Shown here in pieces: positions 11,901 through 26,900 of a DNA stretch of 64,000 nt. Under the pieces are notes generated by a model. That model saw only the letters and a list, made by a program, of their open reading frames with translations. It had not been told where the DNA came from and ran no database searches. A program made the translations under genes and the position numbers. Source of the DNA: Ascidiella aspersa (lineage: Eukaryota); contig OZ004611.1 of assembly GCA_963924565.1 (NCBI GenBank), positions 30,380,001 to 30,444,000 of the forward strand, given 5' to 3'. Position 1 is the first letter of the stretch, and each line of letters opens with the position of its first letter.

Positions 11901-14900
11901 CCAGCAAATGTAGGCTACGCCCACTGTGCGTGGGCCATCTTGTCGTTGTTTTGGTTTGTTGCGTCACAGAAAGTAATAATCATCAAGACAATTGCGACAG
12001 TCAAAGTTTAGCTTTTTTAGACTTTTAAATTCTTTTTTTCGCCAAGTCGCTGTTGTGCAAAAAATCACAGCTTAGAGGAAAATTTTAGTCGCCGCGGCAA
12101 AAAGGTTGAGAAACACTGTCGTACAAGTTAGAAACTGGTCGGAAAACTCCCACACTGTCAGGAAGGTGAATTTATTGTGTTTTGAGCCCTCTAACCCGTC
12201 ACGGCTTGCCTTCTATGGTTGACGTACCTTTCTTGCCTTTGACGCTTTCACGCCTCGTATATCTCGCCCCTTCAGTTTTCGTTTCGGGCTACTAGAAAAG
12301 GGTTTCTCAACCACACACTTAGTTTGGGTTGGCGCTTGTTGTTTTCTGTCGCAGCAATTCACAACAAAGCTTTCGAAAAAACAACAAAACACCTTTTCAC
12401 CCTTTTGAATTGTTTGCTTGGCGCGATTGCATTACACGTCGATTTTAGCATATATGCTTTAATTGCCAACAAAGCAAATCATACTTGGGAGCATAATGGT
12501 TGGAGGTTGTAGTAAGACGTGATAAGAATATGAAAGCTCATACAGAAGTATAGGTATCATTTTGAACGTTTCGAATAACTCTTTATTTTTTTTGGCTTTG
12601 ATATTCTTATTAAATCATATTTAATAACACAATAACACGTGGCTTTCTTTGAACACTTTTCGTTCAAGATTGTTTTCAATGTTTATGGTTTCTGCTCCCT
12701 GGTAATTGTACGCAAAGACGCAAAGTCATTCTGTAAATTACGTTTTACAAATAAGACGGCATTGAACAAAATAAAAACTTAAGAAGATATTACATTGGTT
12801 TTATATTTTGTGCTATCTTATATTTTCTGCTGACGTCGTAATTGTGTACACGAAATTGGTTTGGAAATGATGTTTACACTCTCTGTATAAAAAACCACAG
12901 ATTTTTATTTAAGTTGGCTCTTGGTGTTTGCATGTTGGCAACCAATGAGACATTTTACTTGTAAAAAAGTGACTTTAAACTTCTAAACTCTTAAATATTT
13001 TATTATTCTGCTTGAAAGTGACAGTTGTTCACGTGACGCAAAAATGTTAACATATTTTTAGGTTCAGTTTTGTTTCACAGGGTTGTGGTTAACTTGCCTG
13101 TAAGTAAAATTATTTTATCCAACGATAAGTGGTAACAATTAGACAAACAATTGACCTTAATCTTCAAACAATATCCAACTGCAATTATTTTCCATTAGGT
13201 CTTGGTTTAGTCAGTTTCTCATCATTTTTCACAATATCAACAGGTCGCAAAAAACAAATAAACAGGTCGAAAAATATCACAGTTTGTCAAAATCGTAATC
13301 TGCATCAGTTAAGTTATACACTGTAAAACTGTAACAGTCACAGGTCGTTGAGCCTGTGTGACTCAGTTCGATCGCGCATTCCTTCAAATCATTGGCAGAC
13401 CAAGTGAGTTTACACAACTAAGACTGGACAGAAACAACGACGTTTATGGGAAATTGTGTAAGTGATACCGGGGCTCACAATTGGCGCTGGTGCAATTTAT
13501 TCACGCAATTACGGCACGTCAGCTGTGCGTTATAAGACGAGGGTTGGCAGCCGTTTTAGGGCGCAGGCCAAAAACCAAACGTAAATGTTAGAGGTTTAGT
13601 TTGTGTAATTCGTATAGTTTTTCCGTTTCTCACTAGCGCCAAAAGAAGGTCGTTTATACAGATTTAAGTAAGCAAAAACTTTATGCACGTTTCAACAAAA
13701 ATCAAAGGGGTGTTAGTAAACAACAAGAAATAACAAATAAATAGTCGAAAAAACGTTAACAAAACGGGGCCCCACTATTGCTTACAATTTTGGTGTCTAG
13801 TGATAAGGAGTTATTGTAGGAGTCTTTTTAAAAAGATTCAAGTCAGAATTCGGATAAGATCTCGCGAAAAACGACCGAATTCAACGTCTTTCATCTACGT
13901 TTTAATTTACTCCGATCACGACCATCGCCGAAACGGTTAAGTCACAAGAAAGAGGAACAAACATGTGTCGATTTTATCGAACACTGCTTTCGTACATTTC
14001 CAAACCGACTCAAAAACCTTCAGAAAGGCTTCCCCTGCAAGACAAGACCACATTGGTGCACTGCAGCACTTACCTATACACAGAGCAGCGGGCAAACGGT
14101 CTGTGTTTATTTATGCGAAATTTTCTCCGCTCCCTGTGTGTGCCCGTGTGCTGCCAGGTCGGCTACGATACTTTGAACCGTGAGTCGGCCCATCCATCAT
14201 TCGTCTGGCCGCCTGTCAGTCCTGTTGACTTGCGTCGCCGACACCTAGACGTTTTGACCCAACCTCTCGCCAGCGCGCTTTCCCGCTTCGTGTGAGAACC
14301 GCGACCTTTTTTGCTGTCGTAGGTCGCCGACAGCTGCCGAGCCGTTCGTTTAAAACAGGGGTTCTTACATTTTTTTTACCGTGGACCCCTAAAATTTATT
14401 TTTGCTTCGCGTGGACCACGGTAGGCCAGAAATTTTCAAAAATGACGTCATTAATTAACGTCACACAATACAAATAAACTTCACACAATACAAATAAAAT
14501 TTTATAAATCTGCTGAATTCGGTCCAAAAATATGAAGGTAAAATGGAGTCTAAGTACATTCAGTGCAAAATATTTTTGAAGTTTCGGTAAAAGTTATTTT
14601 TCACTGAAAACAGTCATGACTTAATTATTTTGACAGATAATCCGATATTTGTTTTGTGGCAGACAAACACATATACGTGTGTGTCTGTCTTTTTTGTAAC
14701 AAACTAATGGTGCTAAACTTCACACAAAACGTTTAATTTTTAATGTTTTAATTTCCTATTCTCACTCCGGTAAAAGTCCTCTCCGACTGAACATAGAGTA
14801 GTTTTTTTTTTGTACACCAAACTGACACTTTTGAACGTCAACGGGCGTCTCGTTTTTATGCAAAATTGACCTGCCTTACAGCTATATTTCTATACATATT

Positions 14901-17900
14901 TACATAAAAGGATTATAAAGAGCAGGTAAAAGTCATTTTATTATTGATTTAACGACAATCAGTCTTACGACTGAACAAAACCTTTCGCCGTGACACAAAT
15001 TACAACAAGGAACAAACAGTTCACAGAAACAGCAGCTAAAAAAATTACTGGAAACCGACCTGGTATCGTGTTTTTTGCAGAGTAAGCGAACATTATGTAG
15101 CATGAAGTAACTCTTTTTATCACCCCGGGACTCCTTTACTGAAATTGGTTGCACACAAATGCGTTTTTTAGTGCAAACTACATTTCTGTAGAAAGTCGCC
15201 GACGGCCGACGTCTGCTGAGCTGTTCGTCTGAAAGTGTGCGTCGTTTTTTGCAGAAATTGACCTGTCTTACATTGTTTTATACAAACTTTTTTTGTTGAA
15301 AAATTAATCTTGGTAATAAAACATTCCAAAAGTTTCGCTGGGTGTTTGTTTTTCACGAACACGAAGCTCTGCCTTCGCCGAGAATCGAACCCCAGACCTA
15401 AGGATCGTAGTGCCCCAAGCAAAGAAGATGACAGTCTAAGCCAGTGATCGGCAAACTGTGGGCCGCGTGATAGCCGTGCATTTATTGCACCTATTTTAAA
15501 AGTTGGTGTAGGATAAAATTTTTAAATTGGCTCAGCTTGGAAAGGCCCACGTGCCAAATGTGATCCTGAGAGCCTGTCCAACTATATTTTTTCCAACTTG
15601 AACTGTACGTAATTTTTTTTAGCGCTTCGCGCGTTTATATTCTTCGTTTTATAGCATGTTTTACATTCTCATATTGCAGTGCTTTGAGCTTAAAGGCGCC
15701 GTGAAATATTTCACGTTAAAACCAAATATCCTGAATCCGCCACTGTTTTCGTAGTGGTTTTACGTAGTCGGCCTTTAATAGCTCTGAAAAGAGTTCTTTG
15801 GGCAGCGACAAAAAATGTTTGCCGACCACTGATTTAAGCCCATTGATTCGCTCGCTTTCATTATATACCCGGATGTTGAATCTTGGCCTAATTTGCTGAA
15901 ATTAAAGGGATGGGGAAAAATTGTGAAGGCCTGACGCAACTTATTTCAATCGTTTTCTTATTTTTTAAAGCATTTGTAATTAAACTAGAAAATCTTTCGC
16001 TTTTATATACGTGAAATAATCGTTGTTTAACCAGGGATAAACATAGATTTCAAGTTTACCAGCTATTGAAGAACACCTGCTATCCATACGAAAAAACATG
16101 ATTGGTCATGTCGCAACGCATTTTACTGTGTTCTTTATTTTTTAAATTGCATTGGGGAGGGATTTTTAAACTGGGGTCCATGGGCTAGTTTTTTTTCGCA
16201 TCAGTGTATGTTAAAACAAACTAGACTTAAATAAAACAAAAACGATTTTGCGCCTTCTCCTTGAATGTATTTGAACTCACATCACAGTTTCACATTTTTT
16301 CAAGTTTTTTTTTAGTCGACTGGTTTTATGATATCATCTATAAAAACGTAATGCAGAATGGACCAAGCGAACCAATTTTTTTTTTTTAGTTTGCGTTTAA
16401 AAAAGTTTAAGAAACCTGCTTTAAGGTTTTACCTTTCCAAACCAGGACAATCCGTCTAGCCGCTTAATACTTTTATTAAACTACAAGTGAATGTTCTTTT
16501 CGTTAGTTGACGTTTTTGCGGTCGTCATATATTGCGTTGTTCGTCGTTTGGAGATTTGAGAAGTGCGTGAAATCGTCAAATAATGCTTACGCTGGTATTT
16601 CACGCCGACTGTGTACAGTTAATACGAAAAGAGTGTTAGATCCTTGCTGCGATAGGACGGATGTATATATAGCCAACAGTACCGAGTTCAAAGACTTGAC
16701 TCCGCCATTTTTTTGCCATGAATTCTAAACGCCCTGAGGGTCCAGACTACTGTATATGGAGACAACTGTAAATACTTCTACACGACTTCAGATAAGTGTG
16801 TACCAATGCGAGCGGTGGTTGGGGTTGCTTTTTCCATACAAATATACAAATACAACCAGGGTGGTAATAATTTAAGATACCGACTTAACTGAAGAGTGTT
16901 TCTTCATTACATTTTTGGAAAACAATTCACATAATTTTAACGTTACATAACTTTACATGGACATTTAAAGCTCTAGCCCAGTATGATTAAAAGGTTGCTT
17001 TGCTTGGTGCAAATAAAAACAGAATTTTGATGACCAAAAGATAAACTATTTTTAAATAAATTTAAATTTCCAAAAAATCACTCAACTTTTGACAACGGTT
17101 CGGAGTGTATTACAATGTGTGAGGTGTCGGCGCTGATTTGTTTCATACAAATACAACCAGTGTGGTAATAATTTAAGAACACTGACTGACTAAACTGTTA
17201 CAGTCTTTGTTGATTTTTCGGGGAACCAATTCACATAACTTTAAATAAACATACAAAAATTTAGCCCACTGGTGCAACTACAACCAAAACTGTGACGATC
17301 AATAGATTCACCATTTTCAATTAAAATAAATTTTGGAAAAAAACTCACTCGAATTTGTCTTATCTATTTACAAACACGATCGAACTTCTAGCTCGATGAC
17401 TCAGAGAGGTCTGGCATTACTAATGCTTAGAGTGTCTATTTTGGATTCTTAGTTGTTGACTTTTAAGCTACTAATTTTTTGTTTATTGTTCAGTTTCTTG
17501 AGTCAGTTGTTTGCGTAAGGATTAAGTACAATGAATTGAAATATATTTTTCTATATTGTAAAACTTATTCTATTCCGATTCCACAAAGCAACCTTAAAAA
17601 GTAACACAAATAGCAAACTGTTTTACCATTAATCGAAGTAGCTACCACAATTTTACCAAAAGTGTATTCAATCAGAACACTAAAACTTAATCCAAGTCAA
17701 TTGAGGCAAAAAAACTTACGACGGGTCAAGCCAAAAATTAAAACACTATGACTAAATTCGCGCCAAAAACCAGTGGCTAAGTACAATTTCAAAACAAATG
17801 CAACTATAGACACATAAGAAACATAAGAGAGGAGTGAGTTGTTTGTGTGAGGTTTGAGTACAATAAATTGAAAAATATATTTACATTGTTAGTGTTTCTA

Positions 17901-20900
17901 TTAACCATTCAATTTTTCTTTTACCATCAAAAACAAACAAATGCAAGCAGGCTGTTTATCGCATATCATCAAATTAGTTAGAGAGGATTTAACCAAAAAG
18001 TTATTCGATTAAAACACTATGAATAAATTCACGTCAATTCCTTTAAAGACTATGGCGTATTGGCGTAATTCATATCCATTCATTTTAGGCAAAAAAAAAC
18101 TTATGTCGAGTGAAGCCAAAAATTAAAACACTATGACTAAATTCGCGCCAAAAACCAGTGGCTTAAGTACAATTTCAAAACAAATGCAACTATAGACACA
18201 TTGGAAGCTCAAGAGAGACTTGGGGCTGGGACCCATGGGGCAAACACGCTTGGGCGATCTCCTGTGACTATCACCCACATTCCTTACCCCGTGGACCCCC
18301 AAAACGGCACCGAAGCGAATTTTAACTTGGTGGTCGCGGAAACTCGATACTAACCCCGCACTGACCACTGCAGAGGCTATAGTGTTTGTCCAGCATTTGT
18401 GCTCACGGTGGTCTGTCGCATATCGGGTGGCCTCTTGGCCCCACTCTGGAGCCTTTTGTTGGGGCCAAACTCATTGCCCCCCACCCCCGGATTGCTGGGT
18501 AAATTTGATTAGGACCCCAGCTGCTGTTTTGGTTGACCCTGCAACTTAACCCCAAGCGCCCCAATTAAGATAAGGTCTACGAAGCTTTTGTGGCTCTCTG
18601 TCTTGTTTTGTTTGTTATTTTTGCGGGAATTCGGACTTTAGGAACATTTCGGTTCAGCCGGCAGTTTTTTTGACTGAAGTACTTGGTTTCCCGGTTTATT
18701 TTGGTCTCTTTTTGATGTTTGTCTTTCGTTGGTGGGTTTGATTTTTTACAGCGATTAAAGCAGTAAAATAAATGTCTAATGGTTTGCATAGAAACGCAAA
18801 AAGAAATGCCGCATAGACAATTTGAAACGTGCAATGAATGTTGAAGGCTCCAATTCTTTTAAGTTTTTCGAAAGAGCTACTAAAACAAAAATAGAGAAAA
18901 AAAGTTTAAAAATAGCACCAAATATTCCCGAAAGATCGCTGACAAATGTTATTCTATACGCTTAACTCTATAATTAAAATAAAGCGTTTGGTAAATTGAA
19001 CCTACCAATGTTATAAATCCAACGAAATCAGCATGTAAGGTTATAGCCCATGAGCCTTGGGGTTGACAAAACTATCAAACTCGGAAATCGCGTTTATTAA
19101 TAATTAATTAACCAAGCATCAGCTATTGGCAATGTGTAGGTGTAAAGTAAATGTTGCTTTAGGGCTGCGAAGTGGTGTGAATCGACAAACACGAGAACGT
19201 CGCTTTATAGGCACTAGAAACGCTACTGTGTGGGCTTGGCATACAATCGGGGCCGCTAGACTCTATCAATATTTGCCCAAGACGAGGCCAGATTAAGCTG
19301 ATGCCTTAAGCAAACTTTTGAAGGCTTGATGGGCATGTACATGGCATGGCTGGTCCTCTATCGGTTGTAGAGAGACAAGTTTAGTCGAAATTTAATTTTT
19401 AATTCACGGGGTAAGACAAAAACATGTTTTCGCTTTTGGTGGCTAACCGGCTGTACCTTTTATTGGCCGTCGAGAGAGAACTTGTCTTATCTTAATTTTT
19501 AATCCATGTTAATACGGACATACAATGTTTTCCTTTGTACGGTTTTGATGGTATCCCCCCCAAACACACACACTCCTACCCCACTTTGCGTTGATTTCCG
19601 ATATAAGTGACGATCGTGACGAATTGCTAGTGCTTGACGGATGATTGGCAGCAGTTTTACACCAAAATTTCTGCCAGCAATTTTGCTACTTGCAAGTTAC
19701 GAAGACGATAAACACTAGAAAATTAGTTTTTGAAAGTAATATTTTAATCTTTTAGATTTAGAATATCTATCTATTAATTTTCAACATCTTAAATTGTTAC
19801 TGTACTCCTATATGGGATTTGAACTTTCTATAGATGCGATTAACAAAACGACTTACTAGTAAAATAACAAAATGCAAAATCAACATTCAATAAGCGTCGA
19901 AGCGATCAATTTCTGTTCGAAACAGTGAATTTTCAGAATTATTCGCGACAAGCCGTGCGCGTCGTAATAAAAACAAGCAAACGAAGAATATTTTTTGCTT
20001 AATGGAGCATAATAGTTAGAGGTTGTAATAAGACTGGGTGAAAATATCAAAGCCCATACAGAAGTAGGTTTCATTTTAATAGTTTCAAATATATTTTATT
20101 TCACAGAAAAATTATTGAAACTGAAGTTTCAAATATCTTTTATTTCATAGAAAACTTATTGAAACTGAATAAAGAAATATTCGAAGAGTTCAAAATGATA
20201 CCTACTTCTGTATTGACTTAGTTATTCTTACTACGTGTTGCTGCGAAGGTTGGATTTTTAACAACGAAGGACGGCCACACCCCTTCATTAAGATAATTGT
20301 CTTTAAACAAGGGGCTACGGAGACAATTAAAAAAAAATCCGACTCCGGCCAATTGTGCGATGTAGCCGAGTCCTGAGATACTTTAAATGTAGTTTTAGAA
20401 AATATATTGTTTATCGTTTCCGTCAAAAAACATAGACTTTGCTTTCAGCAAGTAAACGGTACTAAAAATATCATTTCATCTAATGCACCAATTTCAGCCA
20501 GTAACTGACAATGTTCATTTCTATTCCCACAAACTTTCTGTAGCAAAGTAAGAGGTGCCAGCGTTCTTCGCACCTCATCGTCGTATCGCGTTACGTTGAA
20601 GTGTCAAGGTGTGGCCTGAATGGCCCCAGCAATAAACGTGTAACCCCGCGAAATCACCACAAACAGCAATTACCTTAATCAGTCGAGCCTCGCAAACACA
20701 AATGAAACTTATACCTTTCACCTCACACCAAGGTTTTTCCGCCTGTATATAGGGGTGGGCAATTATATTTGACAGCGGGCCAAAATAAAAACATAAAATG
20801 TCTTGGCGGGCCATGTCAAAAAAGGGTTTTCAAATACAAATAATACAACGTGTGATTTCCTTTAGAGGAATCTTTAAATACCGGTATTCTTGTTTTGACA

Positions 20901-23900
20901 AGCTGGTAAGAGTAGGTACGAACAGGTTGGGATGCCTTACAAGAGTAATATGATCCAATTACAAGAGTAATATGATTCAATTTAAGATATGACGATGCCT
21001 TTGGTAGCGAAATATATATTATAGTGCCTGACGTGAATTGCTAGCAGCTTGGTTAAAGTGTTTTGCTGTTCTTGATCAGAAAGTGACGTCGACATTTATC
21101 TTACAAGGGTCAAGGTGATTTCCAATATAACATATTCAATGCTGCATTCTTTCAATATGTGCTTTTGTACTCATGACGCCGTTTGCCTTTACTGTTAACT
21201 CTATGTGTCCTGTGCAAGTGCACCTGTAAGAAATTGCGCATCACCGTTGTATATAAAGGTGTGTTTTGTCTTGTTCGGTCGAGTTACCAAATAACGGCAC
21301 CTGTCATCACAAAAAAATTAAGGGAAAGCGGCAATTTTAAAACACAATTTCGCGTTTGTGCTGTACGACGTATGCTGGACGAAATTGTGTTTTACATAAA
21401 AACGTATACCGGATATCCAACCCGCAGTGGTTCTCAATTCTCATACAGTTGAAAGTTATATCTTAGGGTAGAATTTTTTTATTTTGAGGAGTAAACTTTT
21501 TCCACGTTGGAGTTGAGGAGGGAATAGTGGGATAACCTTTAAAATTACATAAAAATCTTCTTCGGGTGAGTTACGGTTGTTCTCAGAGTCTGTAAGATCC
21601 TTGTCTATTGTTATTTAAACAGCAGCTTATCTAGTCTAGAGATCATTGCTTTGCGACTTGCGTGTCATAAAACCTTGCTAGTTCTGCCGCAGGCAGTGTT
21701 GTTAACAAGTCATTTTGAAATGACTTAATTCCCAATCAAGTTTTTTTTAAATAACTTAAGTCAACGTCAAGTTATTTTAAATAAGTAACTAGTCAAGTCC
21801 CAGTCAAGTCATAATTTGAGCAAGTCAACTTCAAGTCATGTTCTTGGTTTAAAAATAAAACGTTAAACCATTGGAATAGTTAAACTACTGGAAATAATTC
21901 CTACTATTATGAGCAATAACTGAATTAAAAAATAAGAAAAACACAACATATAGCAAGCAAAATGTTTTACAAGCAAAAATTAGGATAAATATCTCAATTT
22001 TATAAATAAATGCTTAAGGAAAAGAAAACACTTCATTTCAACCCAAGTCATTTGCCCAAAAGACTTAAGTCAAGTCAAGTCATTTGAAAACAATAACTTA
22101 AGTGCACTTAAGTCAAGTCATTGACTTAAGTCATTACAACAATGGCCGCTTGTTTAACACATCATGTTATTGTTGCCCATTCCAATTCAGGAGTATTAAG
22201 TAGTTAAACGTTTGAGGAGGACCGTAAAGCATATAATTAAACACTTAGTTTGTTTTCAAAAACTCAGTATTGTGATCAAACTATCGCGCGCATGTTTTGT
22301 TTGTCGAAAAGGTTAACTTTGTTGACTGTTGCACCAGCGTCGTTAAACGTTGATTAGCTGTTTTTATTTGCTTTGTACCCCGCAGTTTGCAATATCAGTA
22401 AACAATACAAGTTGCAATACTTGTGTTTACTCTGGCAACACTTTACGTGTCAATTTATTTGCTAAATTGTATGTATTTAATTACAAAAACGTAAATAAAA
22501 CAATACGGCTTCAAAACAAACTATATTTGTTTCGACCCTAAATAGAAAAATAATACTTTTCCGCTTTAAAAAATTATAAAAAAGAGTCAGAACAAGTTTC
22601 ACAATATCGCCCAAATATACATTGTAAGTATAATTATTACTTGCGTTTTCCAGTGAGAAAGAAATATTGTATTGTTCTTTGACAAATTACATATATAACC
22701 AAGAGTATGGATTTTTGTTGTTCCAAAATAAGTCCATTTAAAAACAAAAAAAGTAGTTGTTTTAGAACTTTTGCCAAAGTAAATGATTTTAAGCAGTTAA
22801 CAGATTGATAAAGTATTACGTATTAATTGTGTTATGTTGAATTCCAGTTAAAATATTACTATAGCAAATGTGCGGGTGAACTAATGTTCAACCAGTTCAG
22901 ACCTATTCATATTATGACTGGCAGAATATTTCCTGTTAAACAGCGGACAACTATTATTAAAATAATTATCTGCATTAAACTGCCATTATGTAGTTAACCT
23001 TTACCATACCTAGTTATTGAAACGGTGAAATAGACAAAGGTTACCCGTGATTGCCCACACCTCTTTTACATACTGGGTATCAGGCCGAAAATACATTTTT
23101 TTCTCGCTTTGCGCCAATCTAATTTTGTGAAGGCTATTTCAGTTATTTCAATATATAATATGTTATTGTGGAGCATAATGGTTGGAGGTTGCAGTAAGAC
23201 GTAATTAGAATATCAAAGCCCATACTGAAGTAGGTTTCATTTTGAACGTTTCGAATAAATCTTCGTTCATTTTCAACATCTACCTACTTCTGTATGAGCT
23301 TTGATATTCTTATTACGTATTATGTTATTAATGTGTAATACCCTTTCCTTTTTGAATTATTCTTCTACCTTTTCAATGCGCAAAAACATTAGTTGTCATG
23401 AAGTCATACTGTTGAATAGAAATCAAAAATGACTTTTATTTTGGCCGCACGGGGTTTAAATGTTTTTTTTTTCGGTAATAGCATCTGCATTTTCTGTAAA
23501 GATGTAGCACATTCCGCAACACCACTGACAAGACAAATTTTAAAGTACCTTTAGTTGTAGATTCGCTACCTACAAAAAAATTAACTAGGTATTATTGTTG
23601 TCCAATCATCCTTGTTTTATATTAACGCACTGATTTTTGTTTGTCTAATCAAGTTGGTAGTTTTCAGGTATATTATATCGATCATTATTATTCGGGACTT
23701 ATTCATTTCAGGGTTATATCTACGTGGATACGAACGCTAGGTATAAAGTGTAATATTTTTTTAGATTTAATGCTGAGATTTATTTACGTCGTTGAACTCA
23801 AACAGATATTCATTTTGTAACAAATCGCCATGTGATATTGATTTTCAAACTCGCAAATTCCCGGGTTCGCGAGTTCAAGTCCCAGCTCAGCCGATTGAGT

Positions 23901-26900
23901 TCATCAGAAATAGAGTGCGTGTGTAGGTTGATTATCGCGATAAATGCTCCAAAACACGGCAAACAGTTTGCGCCACTAAGGCAACAGCCCGGACAGACCG
24001 TACGTGCCTAATCTCACAATCTATACCTGTTTGTACTTGAGCACTTCAGTCACAGTACAAAGCTTAAGTGTTACACGTCTATTGCCACAACACTTTACCA
24101 GCACATAGCCATGATTCTAGCAAATCCACTGGGTCGTGCGTAATATAACAATGTTGTGGAAACGTATATCGGTCAATGACGTCACGATTTCTGAACGCGT
24201 GTTACGTCATTAATGAATTTCAGAAAAAGGTTGTGCCCAAAAATTGTCCGGTATACTATTAACTAACAATTAAAGCTTGCGTTCACCCTTTAAAACAGTT
24301 TGAAATTCATCCTAAATAATTAGAAAATGCTTGTCCATATAAACAGCACTAAACATCTGGTAAAATGGCGATAAAAGGTTAAAATTTTAACTTTTGCTTT
24401 TTGTTCATATTACCCCTTTAGTTTTCAAGCTATATAAATAAACAGTGACCAAATGCATTTGAGCACTTAGTTACCGAGCAAGTATTTGTTTTAAAATGGT
24501 AAGTTTTTTCCACACTAAATTTAAAAAAATTATAGTTCCATTTATTATCTTTTATTAAAATCTTAAGACAAGAAGCGAGTTTTCATGTAGAGACCGCCTA
24601 ATCGTTTCATTCGATAATTTGGTTTGATCATTATGTGAGTCAATACATTAGCTATTAATTCCGCTTAAGGAAGTAATACATTGCCTATAATTTCCCTACG
24701 CAGACTGTTATCGTATTTCATGCTACTTTATGATATCCTATATGTACGCTTAAAGTTATTTAAGTATATTTACGACAAAAGTTTAATACAGCAACAAAGG
24801 CGTCACCATTGATTTATTTGATCAGCGACTTTATCCATAAAGATTTATTTGGGACAAATTTATAAGATGTTTTAAAAACGCGAAAGTGCTACTTTCGGTA
24901 GACGACTGAGTTTAAAAAAAGCTTTTACAGAATTTTTAAGCACAAAATCCTAAAAAATACAATAATGTTTAAAATCATTTAAAGCAAATCCTTGTATAAA
25001 CCGACGGTTTCGTTATTACTTGAATGTTTTAACTGCATCACATTTATTTTTACGTTCTGTGTTTTTCGATACTTAGGAAGTATAAAAAAGTTCAACCCAA
25101 AAACAAATACAATTTTTTTAATTTTTAATTGCTACTGAAACAATTTAAAAACAAACCAACTTATACTTAAACGAAAGCACATTCATTTTTAAGGTCACTT
25201 TTTTCAAAATTAGCAAGCGGCCTATAATACCAAACCAATTGCAAATTTAGGCACACAGAAATAAACGAAGCCTTTGCTTAGCATAAAACAAATGTGTACT
25301 ATTGTTAGAAAACACTGAATTAACATAAACAATATATTCAAAGGTAACATAAATTAAATAGATCTTTTTTGTATGTATCGATATATTTTTATTGCGGCAA
25401 AATCCGACGTGGCCCATTTATCGATTGTCCATGGCGTTCCGGCCATTGTTACGTCACGTCGCATCGCGCGCGCGCCCCGCGGCCATAACAGTAATTCACC
25501 TGGCTTAGGCTGGTAGAAACAGCACTAGCGTCGAAGCGTGAAACGGCGTCGCTGTCTCGCATCTCTCAGCAAAAACAGCAGCCTTGAGAACCAGCAGCAG
25601 TGGGCTGCAAAATGGACAACGACTAGTCGCGCATCAAAGGCTACTCTCGCTCTCGCTTGCGCGTCACTTTGGACAATGTCAAAATATTTACCCGGCACCT
25701 CGCAGTAGAGATAGCGCGGTTTGTAGCTGCTACTGTCGAGGGCCAACGACAGGGCGCGCTTAATCGGATTAGGAAGGGCCAAAAGCGGATTTGTTGAGTG
25801 CGTAAGTGCCGGATTTGGGCTCGTTATCGCTTCTGCTGCTTGACACCGGCCGCTTTCCATGAATGACTGGCAGCTCAGCTCGCTGGCCTGGTTTGGTGTG
25901 GAGTACGCCGATTTTGAGTATTTTTGAGTCTCGACGCGCAGTATTATATGACATATGTGTGTAGGTTAAGTCCTTACTAAAAAAACCAGCTGTATATCAA
26001 GTAATGTTCAAAAAAACTTAAACCTAATCAAGTATTTGCTGTCCATAAATGACTGGCAGCTCTGCTCGTTGGCCTGGTTTGGTGTGTATGCCGATTTTGA
26101 GTATTTTTGAGTCTCGACGCGTAGTACTATAAACACACCATTTTTAACCTATGACATATGTTTATAGGTTATTTCCTTACAAAAAAGCCCAGCTGTATTC
26201 AAATCATTTGCAAGAAACTTTAATCCAATTCGATTAATTTGCACAAAACCCTTAAACTAAGTTAAATAGTTGGCATTTTAAAACTATGACATATGTTTAT
26301 AGGTTAGGTCCTTTACTAAAGACCCAGGTGAATGTCAAGTCATCTGTAAGAAAACCTTAATATAAGGCAATCACTTTGCAAAATATCTCAAAACCCTGCA
26401 TTTTGAAACAATGACAGATTTACAGTATCTATAATTTAAGTTCTTTTCTAAAAGCCGAGGTATATGCATGTCAATATGTCAAGCCACTTGCAAATAAAAA
26501 CCTAATCCCAATTTAGTAATTTGTTAAATACCAAAGTCAGATAGTTTACAAAATAACTCAAACTAATTGAAGTCATTTGCCATATAATCCCAATCCAAAT
26601 TGAATGATAACAAAATACCTTAAGTCCTAGTTAATTTTTTACCAAAAAAAGTAAATTCAAATTAAGTCAATTGCAAAATACCTTATATAACGTCAATTGA
26701 TTTTCCAATCACCCGAAGTTTAAATCAAGTCATTTTGCTACAAAATCGTGATCCAAGTCAAATGTTTTGCTAAATACCATAGGCTGGCCTACAAGTCAAT
26801 TGATTTTGATAAAAGCTTAACGTCAAGTAATTTGCAAAATATTCTTAATCCATGCTAAAATATTTGCATAATAACTTAGTTCTAAGTCATTTGAATGCCT

